DNA from: Oscillospiraceae bacterium
Lineage (GTDB): Bacteria; Bacillota; Clostridia; Oscillospirales; CAG-272
Length of the DNA: 56,072 nt
Direction: 5' to 3'
Assembly: GCA_015064525.1 (NCBI GenBank)
Contig: SVSC01000001.1
Span: 1 to 56,072 of the forward strand
The notes under the pieces are model-generated. The model worked only from the letters and a program-made list of their open reading frames with translations. It was not told the origin of the DNA and searched no databases. This document shows, one piece after another, positions 27,007-34,236 of this stretch. Both the position numbers and the translations under genes were made by a program. Numbering within the stretch: the stretch's first letter is position 1; every line of letters begins with the position of its first letter.

Positions 27007-30000
27007 ATGAAAAAAAGATTTCTGATCCTGACCCTTGTTCTGCTTCTTTCGGTGCTGGCGTTTTCCGCCTGCGATAAGGAAGCAGGCGGCAGCGGCGCTC
27101 TGGGTGGCTTGCTCGGCGGCGCTCCCGTCACCCCCCAGAACCTGCGCTACGATGGCACCCTCATCACGTGGAATGCCTCGGAGGGCGCGGAGGCGTACCT
27201 CGTTCAGATCAACGATGGCGAGGAGTGGACGGTAACCGTTCCTCAGTATGCCTACGACGCTGCGGGCGGTCAATTCACCTTTAAGGTGACTGCCGTTGCC
27301 GATGCGAACGCCAAGAAGCCCAAGAAATCCGAGCCCGCAACCATGAACTTCAAGCCTCTGGGCAACATTGGGGAATTGCGCGTGGCAGACGACGGAAGCG
27401 TTTCCTGGGACGTTGTGAGCATGGCAACCGCCTACGTTGTGAAGATCGACGGCGTGCAGACCGCCCACGTGCTTCCCACTCCCACCTTCACCGAGGTTCC
27501 CGTGGGCAGACACAGCATTCAGATCCGCCCCGTGATCAACGGCGACGATTCCTACTACTCCAAGTGGAGCAACCCCGTCAGCTTCGAGGTTCTGCAGCCC
27601 GTTTCCAAGGATACCATCACCTATGATCCCAGCGGCTACATCAAGTGGGGCGCTGTGGGCGCGCAGTTCTATGACGTTTACGTGAACGGTAATCTGATTG
27701 CGGATAACTGCAACAGCACGCAGGTGAGCTATGATCCCCTGAACGCCAACTTTGAGGTTACCATTCAGGCGATCGGTAACCATTCCTCCACCTACGACGC
27801 AAAAATAAGTGATGCCAAGAAGTTCGTCTTCCTGGATTCGGTTACCAACATTGTGGTTGAGGACGGTATTTTGAAGTGGGATCCCGTGAACGGCGCCAAC
27901 GGCTACCGTTTACGCCTCAACGGCACCGAGCTGAACGAAACCTTCACCACCTGCGAATTCAACCGTCTCACCGCCAACACCAACACTCGCGTGGAGATCC
28001 GTGCCATCAGCAATGACGACACCTATTTCTCCTCCTGGTCGGCTGAAAAGAACGTGCTTCTCCTGCCCGCTCCTACGCTCCGTTGGAACGAGTATGAGCT
28101 GGACGGTCAGGCAAACAGCAACATTTATTGGGATACCGTTGCCCAAGCGGCAGGCTATGCGATCCGCATCACCCGTCCCAACGGTGTAACCGAGGTTCTG
28201 ACCTACGGCGAGACCCAGAGATTCTTCCAAGAGGCTTATCTGGAAAGCGGAACCTACATTGTTGAGGCAAAGGCGCTGGCAAACACCACCACCAGCAACG
28301 TGTACGATTCCATTTATTCCACCCCCATCAAGGTCATCCGTTTGGATGCTCCCAAGCCCGCCAAGAGCAACCCCCTCACCAGTAATCCCAACGATCTGGA
28401 CGACGGATTTGTTGTAACCTTCGAAAAGGTTGCGGGCGCCACCTCCTATAAGCTCTTCCAGGATAACGTTCTCAACCAAACCATTTCCTCTACTCAGGGA
28501 CAGTTCTCCGTGAAGAATTTCTCGGATCCCGGCAGAATTGAGGAGCAGACCTACAACTTTAAGATCCAGAGCGTGGGCTCGGTGCAAACCGTGAACGGTC
28601 AGATCGTTGCAACCCTCAGCTCTCTCAGCGCGAATTCCTATGCCTTTGAGGTTACCGTGCTGGCAACACCCGCACAGCCCACCATCAGCGGTTATCAGTA
28701 TTCCTATGGCTCTGTGAGCCGTGCCTTCGGCTACGTTGTGGACGTTGGCGGTCAGAGCTTTGTGAGCGGCGAAACCTTCTATAATTTGGATATGCTGGCG
28801 GCAGGCAACTATTCTGTCAGCGTTTGCGCTCAGGGTAACGGCACCAACGTGCTGCCCTCCAACTACTCCGCGCCCATCACCGTTTACCGTTTGGATGCTC
28901 CCGCCAACGTGCGCATCGACACTACCGAGGCATCCGAGGGTATCCTCACCTTCGACGACGTGCTGTACGCGCAGAGCTACGAGGTTTTCTTCAACAACGA
29001 CGGTAACGCCCTTCCCGTAAGCTCCATTCAGAACATGAACCAGTATATCACCGAGCAGGGAACCACGGTTCATATGAAGAGCGTCGCTAACTACTACAAC
29101 TCCGACGGAACCATCTACTATATGTCCTCCCAGCCCGGCTCCACCACCAACTTCATCAAGCTGGCAAAGCCCACCTTCGGTGACGTTGCGTTTACCAACG
29201 ATAACCTGATCTGGAAGGCTCCCGGCAACGTGGATTCCTCGGTTTACACGCCCACCTATGAGGTTTATTACCCCAACGGCATGATCTACAACGGCGAGAA
29301 GAACGGAACCTCCTTCAGCCTTGCAACCCTGGAGGGCGGACAGTCCTATGAGTTCCAGGTGAAGGCGATCGGTAACGGAACCAAGTATATCAACTCCGAA
29401 AAGTCGATCACCGTGGCGATCTACAAGCTGGCAACTCCCAAGGTTGAGCGCGAGAACGGTAAGTACGTGTTCAAGCGCGTGACCAATGCCGTGAGCTACG
29501 CCGTTTACGTGGACGGTGAGCTGGTTGCCACCTATCAGCACAATTCCGACATCACCTCCTATGAGTACACGCCTCTCTTCAAGGAGCTGAAAACCTACAT
29601 GGTTGAGGTGGTTGCGATTGGTGACCAGGGCTACACCAGCATCAATTCCAACCCCTGCGTGATCGAGCAGGAGACCAAGCAGCTGCAGACTCCCGATTTC
29701 AAGCTGAGCTACAGCGAGGAGAGCTATAGCCCCTCGGGTCAGGTGATCGCAACCATCACCAAGGAATCCCCCTACGCGAAGGAATATGCCTACGATATCG
29801 GCGGCACCACCTACACCTCCGCGGCGCTTTCTCAGGGTAAAACCGTTAGCACCGCAGGTAAGATTACCGTGAGAGTGTACGCCATTGGCGGAAACTTTGA
29901 TGAGAACGGCGTTTACTACATTGATTCTCAGAGTCAGGGCGGAAACGATCGCTATTCCATCATCATTCTTGCGTCTCCCAACCCCTCCGACTTTAAGTTC

Positions 30001-30240
30001 TCCATGGACGGTTCGATTTCCTGGACTCCCATCAGCGGCACCAGCAAGTATCGCGTGACCATTGTGTGCGGAAACGTGAGCAAGACCGTTGAGGTGACCT
30101 CCACCACGTTGGATCTTCTCAACTATGAGGAGTTTGAGGACGTGAATATGAAGTCCGACCACATCGAGATCACGGTTCAAGCCATCGGAAACGGAATGAC
30201 TACCGTTACCTCTGAGGCTGCCACCGCGGTTTGGAACTAA
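27007..30240 (+). CDS. Surface lipoprotein composed of about 12 FN3/Ig-like modules
   Basis: 1077 aa. Signal peptide with lipobox LAFSAC|DK. Twelve units of about 85-95 aa each show the pattern P.n[LIV]....g.[IL].W..V.gA..Y.[VI]......, e.g. PQNLRYDGTLITWNASEGAEAYLVQING. Confidence 0.85.
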   Translation: MKKRFLILTLVLLLSVLAFSACDKEAGGSGALGGLLGGAPVTPQNLRYDGTLITWNASEGAEAYLVQINDGEEWTVTVPQYAYDAAGGQFTFKVTAVADANAKKPKKSEPATMNFKPLGNIGELRVADDGSVSWDVVSMATAYVVKIDGVQTAHVLPTPTFTEVPVGRHSIQIRPVINGDDSYYSKWSNPVSFEVLQPVSKDTITYDPSGYIKWGAVGAQFYDVYVNGNLIADNCNSTQVSYDPLNANFEVTIQAIGNHSSTYDAKISDAKKFVFLDSVTNIVVEDGILKWDPVNGANGYRLRLNGTELNETFTTCEFNRLTANTNTRVEIRAISNDDTYFSSWSAEKNVLLLPAPTLRWNEYELDGQANSNIYWDTVAQAAGYAIRITRPNGVTEVLTYGETQRFFQEAYLESGTYIVEAKALANTTTSNVYDSIYSTPIKVIRLDAPKPAKSNPLTSNPNDLDDGFVVTFEKVAGATSYKLFQDNVLNQTISSTQGQFSVKNFSDPGRIEEQTYNFKIQSVGSVQTVNGQIVATLSSLSANSYAFEVTVLATPAQPTISGYQYSYGSVSRAFGYVVDVGGQSFVSGETFYNLDMLAAGNYSVSVCAQGNGTNVLPSNYSAPITVYRLDAPANVRIDTTEASEGILTFDDVLYAQSYEVFFNNDGNALPVSSIQNMNQYITEQGTTVHMKSVANYYNSDGTIYYMSSQPGSTTNFIKLAKPTFGDVAFTNDNLIWKAPGNVDSSVYTPTYEVYYPNGMIYNGEKNGTSFSLATLEGGQSYEFQVKAIGNGTKYINSEKSITVAIYKLATPKVERENGKYVFKRVTNAVSYAVYVDGELVATYQHNSDITSYEYTPLFKELKTYMVEVVAIGDQGYTSINSNPCVIEQETKQLQTPDFKLSYSEESYSPSGQVIATITKESPYAKEYAYDIGGTTYTSAALSQGKTVSTAGKITVRVYAIGGNFDENGVYYIDSQSQGGNDRYSIIILASPNPSDFKFSMDGSISWTPISGTSKYRVTIVCGNVSKTVEVTSTTLDLLNYEEFEDVNMKSDHIEITVQAIGNGMTTVTSEAATAVWN

Positions 30241-30250
30241 CAAATAAAAA

Positions 30251-30305
30251 ACAGAAGCCCTCCCCCGCAAGCAGGCGCTTGCGGGGGAGGGCTTCTGTTT
30301 TTTTC
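30251..30305 (+). terminator. Strong rho-independent terminator of the lipoprotein operon (A-tract/T-tract, potentially bidirectional)
   Basis: Perfect 22-bp stem (acagaagccctcccccgcaagc / gcttgcgggggagggcttctgt), loop aggc, followed by a T-run at 30298..30304. Confidence 0.93.
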
Positions 30306-30314
30306 GACGTGTCT

Positions 30315-30370
30315 ACTTTCCAAATTCGGCGGGTGGGCAAGCCCACTTTCCAAACTCGGCGGGCAAGCCC
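30315..30370. repeat. Short tandem repeat (30 + 26 nt), each unit carrying a small GC hairpin
   Basis: actttccaaaTtcggcgggTGggcaagccc followed by actttccaaaCtcggcgggcaagccc, with hairpins gtgggc-aa-gcccac and gcgggc-aa-gcccgc. Confidence 0.8.
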
Positions 30371-30460
30371 GCTTTCAAGGATCGACGTTCGTTCAGTTAA
30401 ATTTTGATTATTCCGTCCCCGAGAATGAAATTTTATCTGTTTCCAAAACAGTTCAACCTC

Positions 30461-30866
30461 ACTAACATCGTGGAGCGTTTTGGGTGGTGGTACCAAAACG
30501 CTTGCGGGAGCTATTGCGTGGTGAGCGTACCGCAGATAGGCGGCATAAAACTACAGACCGAGCCGCCATGTATTGCAAACTCCAAAACAACCCCTGATGA
30601 AAGTTCTTGGAGGTGTGGAACCTTCTTTCAAGAAGGTTCCACAAGCCACCCTTTTCTTTCCAAACTAACATCGTGGAGCGTTTTGGGTGGTGGTACCAAA
30701 ACGCTTGCGGTAGCTATTGCTTGATCAGCGTACCGCAGATAGGCGGCATAAAACTACAGACCGAGCCGCCATGTATTGCAAACTCCAAAACAACCCCTGA
30801 TGAAAGTTCTTGGAGGTGTGGAACCTTCTTTCAAGAAGGTTCCACGAGTTCAAATGACTCCAAACT
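30461..30866. repeat. Tandem duplication (period 203 bp) of a 182-bp hairpin-rich non-coding element
   Basis: Cores at 30461..30642 and 30664..30845 are both 182 bp and differ at 4 positions (30508, 30518, 30521, 30523 versus their partners). Each has 4 predicted stem-loops, including a 12-bp stem gtggaaccttct/agaaggttccac. The boundary word ccaaactaac occurs 3 times. Confidence 0.9.
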
Positions 30867-30877
30867 AACTCCCTATC

Positions 30878-32410
30878 TTAACCCGCCTGCCCGCAAAGCT
30901 TGGTGATCAGAGCGCGAAGCTCGGCGCGGTCGGGGAGGGAAGTGAAGTCCATGGCGTTCAGCTCGGCGGCGATCACCTCAAGGGTGAAGTCGGCATCCAG
31001 ATAGGCGCTGTTGTGGAGATACATGGCGATCTCGATTACGGCGGTAATAAACCTGAAGTCGGCGGTGGGGGTCTCGGTCAGGTTGGCAGAGCCGATGGCG
31101 TACTCGTTGAGCGTGGAGGTCTCCTCGTTGGGACGCTTGTAGCGAACGGCAAGCTTCATCCAGTCGGTGAGGGTGGCGGTCTGCTCGGTGAGGGTCAGCT
31201 CGTAGCAAACGGTCACCTGATGTCCGGCGCCAACCTCGCCTGCGTCCTTGGTGTCGTCCTCAAAGTCCTCTTGGTTGAGCATACGGTTTTCGTAGCCGAT
31301 GAGGCGGTAGGAGGAAACGGCGGCGGGATCGAAGGTGATCTGGAGCTTGGTGTCCTTTGCAACGGTATAGAGGGTGGAGAGAAGGTCGGTGCCGAAAATG
31401 CGCTCGGCTTCGCTCTCGCCGTCAATGTAGTAGTAAACGCCGTTGCCGTTGTCGGCAAGCGCTTCCATGTTGGCGTCGCGGTAGTTGCCCGTTCCAAAGC
31501 CGAGAACCGAGAGATAGATGCCCTGGTCGCGCTTTGCTTCAACAAACTGTTTCAGCTCCTCGGCGGAGGAGATGCCCACGTTCAGGTCGCCGTCGGATGC
31601 CATGATGATGCGGTTGTTGCCGTTTTCAATCATGCTGTCGGCGGCAACCTGGTAGGCTCTTTGCAAACCCGCCTGACCGTTGGTGGAGCCCGATGCCTTC
31701 AGGCTGTTGATCGCCTGCAGGATCCGCTCGCCCTGATTTCCGGGACAGCCCGAAAGCACAACCTCCTCCTTGCCCGAGTAGGTTACAATGGAAACGCGAT
31801 CCTGCTCGGTGAGTTGAGAGGTGAGGTAGGTGAATGCCTTTTTCAGAAGCGGGAGCTTATCGGAGGAGGACATAGAGCCCGAAACGTCGATGAGAAAGAC
31901 CAGATTGTTGCCGCCCTCGGGCGTGCTTTCCTCAGCTTGCAGGGTGAGGCGCAGCAGACGGGTGTTGGCGTTCCAGGGCGTTTGGGCGATCTCCGCCTTC
32001 ACGCCGAACAGCTCGCCGTTTTGGGGAGATACCGCCTCATACTTGAAATAGTTGATGAACTCCTCGGTGCGGAAGGAGGCACCGTTCTGACGGAGATAGC
32101 TGATGGCATAGTTGTTGTTCACCAGCTTGCGAAAATAGGTGTAGGAGGCAGTGTCCACGTCGGCGGAGAAGGTGGAAACAGGCTGCTCCATGGTGGCGAT
32201 AAAGGGATTTTCCTTGAAGGTGGGAGCGGAGGGATCCTTGTTTTCCTCCTGATCGGGGAGCCCATCCTCGGGAAGCGCGCCCGCGTTGTAGTTTGGCAAA
32301 AGGGCTTCATTTTCCATGGGGGCGTTTCCCATGCTGTCCTTGGCGGCGCCGCAGGAGGCAAGGGTGATCAGCAGAGACAGCGTTAAAAGAATTGATAACA
32401 GTTTTTTCAT
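30878..32410 (-). CDS. VWA-domain lipoprotein (YfbK-like: N-terminal extension + von Willebrand A + C-terminal domain)
   Basis: 510 aa. Lipobox LITLASC. MIDAS motif in LVFLIDVSGSMSS. N-terminal FSADVDTASY region typical of this family. Confidence 0.85.
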   Translation of the reverse strand: MKKLLSILLTLSLLITLASCGAAKDSMGNAPMENEALLPNYNAGALPEDGLPDQEENKDPSAPTFKENPFIATMEQPVSTFSADVDTASYTYFRKLVNNNYAISYLRQNGASFRTEEFINYFKYEAVSPQNGELFGVKAEIAQTPWNANTRLLRLTLQAEESTPEGGNNLVFLIDVSGSMSSSDKLPLLKKAFTYLTSQLTEQDRVSIVTYSGKEEVVLSGCPGNQGERILQAINSLKASGSTNGQAGLQRAYQVAADSMIENGNNRIIMASDGDLNVGISSAEELKQFVEAKRDQGIYLSVLGFGTGNYRDANMEALADNGNGVYYYIDGESEAERIFGTDLLSTLYTVAKDTKLQITFDPAAVSSYRLIGYENRMLNQEDFEDDTKDAGEVGAGHQVTVCYELTLTEQTATLTDWMKLAVRYKRPNEETSTLNEYAIGSANLTETPTADFRFITAVIEIAMYLHNSAYLDADFTLEVIAAELNAMDFTSLPDRAELRALITKLCGQAG

Positions 32411-32452
32411 GGTGTTGCTCCTTTCATAAAAAGAAATCGAAATACGGTCTGC

Positions 32453-33100
32453 TTACGTCAGATCCGACAGCAGATCCAAAAACAGATCGGTTGGAACCCG
32501 CTCGGATTCATAGTCGAAGAGAACGGCACCGCCAACATTTCCAACGGTGGGGTTGAGGCAAGGGGTCACCACACTGCCGTCACCCAGCATCACCCAAACG
32601 CGATATTCCTCGGGGGACGCGTTGGCTGCTACCTGTTTGCCGTTAGCGCGGAATTCGCGGGCAAGGGTGGATTGCTCGGCGGCGGTCAGCGGGCGACTCA
32701 CAAACAGCTCGCCTGAGGAACGGTTTTCCACCGTTAGTCGAACGTTCCCGTCGAAAAAGTTAAGCTCATCGGCGGCAGATTTTGCAAACGAAGGACTTTC
32801 GGCGCATCCCTCAAGGAGAGCGGAGAGCGTTGGGGCAGAGGTGGGAAGCTTGGTTCCCTCCTGGGGTTGCTCCTGCGTTGGAGCATTGGGAGTATCGGTT
32901 TTCAAAATTCGGGAGAGAGGGCCTGTTACGGCAAAGAGCAGGATCGCCGCCACAGCCGCCACCGCGATCCAATTGCGGAGGGTGTGGCGAATGGGGGGAC
33001 GGGCGGTTCGATAGTTCAGCGCCTCGTCCAGAAAGCTATCGTTGATTCCGCCAATGGCGTCCAGCAGGCGGTCTGCCCGATGTTGATCGCGGCGCTTCAT
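32453..33100 (-). CDS. Single-pass membrane protein, putative anti-sigma factor
   Basis: 215 aa. ATGA overlap with the upstream ECF sigma gene. N-terminal LLDAIGGINDSFLDEA motif, then one TM segment (WIAVAAVAAILLFAV) and an extracytoplasmic domain. No ZAS motif. Confidence 0.5.
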   Translation of the reverse strand: MKRRDQHRADRLLDAIGGINDSFLDEALNYRTARPPIRHTLRNWIAVAAVAAILLFAVTGPLSRILKTDTPNAPTQEQPQEGTKLPTSAPTLSALLEGCAESPSFAKSAADELNFFDGNVRLTVENRSSGELFVSRPLTAAEQSTLAREFRANGKQVAANASPEEYRVWVMLGDGSVVTPCLNPTVGNVGGAVLFDYESERVPTDLFLDLLSDLT

Positions 33101-33651
33101 AAGAGATCCTCCTTTCCAAGCTCTTGGCGCAGGGCTTCCCGCAGGCGCAGTAGCGTGACCTTCACGTTGGATTCGGAGAGGTTCAGCTCCCGAGCGATCT
33201 GCGAGATGGGGGCGGCATAGAAATACCGCTGAACAAACATGACGCGACGCTCATCGGGGAGCTTGGAGAGAAAACGGTTGATGGCTTGGGTGAGCCGCTT
33301 GTTTTCGTAAGCGTCGGCGGGGGTAGGGGAGCTGTCGGGAATACAATCGGTCAGCTCCTCGGTAATGGCTCCGAGACCGCCTCGCTTCTGTCGGTGATCG
33401 CGGCGAAAGCGGTCGATGGAGATTCTTCGGGTAATTTTCGCCAGAAAGGCGCCCAAATGGGTGGGGCGTTGAGGCGGCATGGCGTTCCAGGCGTCCAGCC
33501 AGGTATCGTTCACGCACTCCTCGGCGTCCTGATGGGAGGAGAGACAGGAATAGGAAAGCTGACGGAGCATCCTTCCGTACTTGCGGTCGGATTCGGTGAT
33601 TGCCAGCTCGTTTCTTGCCCAGTAGAGCTTTACGATTTGAAAGTCTTCCAT
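33097..33651 (-). CDS. ECF-type RNA polymerase sigma-70 family factor
   Basis: 184 aa. Region 2 (DAEECVNDTWLDAW) and region 4 HTH (ISQIARELNLSESNVKVTLLRLR). Confidence 0.88.
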   Translation of the reverse strand: MEDFQIVKLYWARNELAITESDRKYGRMLRQLSYSCLSSHQDAEECVNDTWLDAWNAMPPQRPTHLGAFLAKITRRISIDRFRRDHRQKRGGLGAITEELTDCIPDSSPTPADAYENKRLTQAINRFLSKLPDERRVMFVQRYFYAAPISQIARELNLSESNVKVTLLRLREALRQELGKEDLL

Positions 33652-33734
33652 ATGTATTTCACGGTCCTTTCCGTTTGTAATCGCAGATCCTCGGCATCGG
33701 CTGCATCCTCCTTTCGGTGTCCTTCAATCATTCA

Positions 33735-33760
33735 GTCGCTGAATATTCCGAAAGGTTACA
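33735..33760 (-). promoter_or_regulatory. Candidate ECF-type autoregulated promoter
   Basis: The minus strand reads TGTAAC-N16-CGAC about 80 nt upstream of the sigma start. This resembles ECF -35 AAC / -10 CGT(A/C) architectures. Confidence 0.35.
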
Positions 33761-34029
33761 GGGAAATCTGATTTTATTATAACATTTTTTCAAAAAAATG
33801 TCCACAAAAATCTGAAAAATCAAAAAATGCAAGATTTTTGTTAAAAACATTCAAAAACAACTTCTCAATTTAGCAAAAAAGATGGGGATTGATGATTTTT
33901 TAAGTTGGCTTTAAGTTATATGTGAATAATTGATGATAAAAAACGGATGAATATACAAGAAAAACCTCTTTTTGGGGGAGAAAAAGTGTATAAAGAAAAC
34001 AAAAAATCGAATGATTTTAGCAAAACCGA

Positions 34030-34058
34030 TTGACAAAAATTAAAAAGTGTGATATACT
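34030..34058 (+). promoter_or_regulatory. Sigma-A type promoter of the ABC transporter operon
   Basis: TTGACA (34030..34035), 17-nt spacer, TGaTATACT (34053..34058). It leaves a leader of about 175 nt before the ATG at 34237. Confidence 0.65.
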
Positions 34059-34236
34059 TTAAGAACAGCAGAGCAGAGTTGCGCTTTATAAAATGAATAA
34101 TTTCTTCGGAAAAACTTCAAAAAAGCACGATTCGGCGATGTGTCAACGGGCTTGCCGCGCCCCATTGCGGCGGATGCTTTGATTGTTAGCCTTTGATCGG
34201 GGCTGCAATATAAAAAATTTCATGGAGGAAAATATC

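Noticed and set aside
14500-30240. Searched the three surface proteins for LPXTG sortase signals, SLH domains or choline/cell-wall binding repeats.
   Set aside because: None were seen by eye. The only anchoring signal present is the N-terminal lipobox, so no sortase-substrate call was made.
30404-30906. Two ORFs (106 aa and 99 aa) encoding the same peptide NIVERFGWWYQNACGSYC...FFQEGST across the 203-bp tandem repeat.
   Set aside because: The repeat period of 203 is not divisible by 3, so the peptide is read in two different frames or ORFs. There is no RBS or plausible start. Only about 60 codons are open per unit, and the sequence is dominated by perfect hairpins. I treat it as a non-coding element.
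34059-34236. Leader of about 175 nt between the ABC operon promoter and the binding-protein ATG, considered as a possible riboswitch or attenuator.
   Set aside because: I could not recognise any known riboswitch core or a convincing terminator/antiterminator pair, only short weak stems. It would need an Infernal/Rfam scan to settle, so it is left unannotated.
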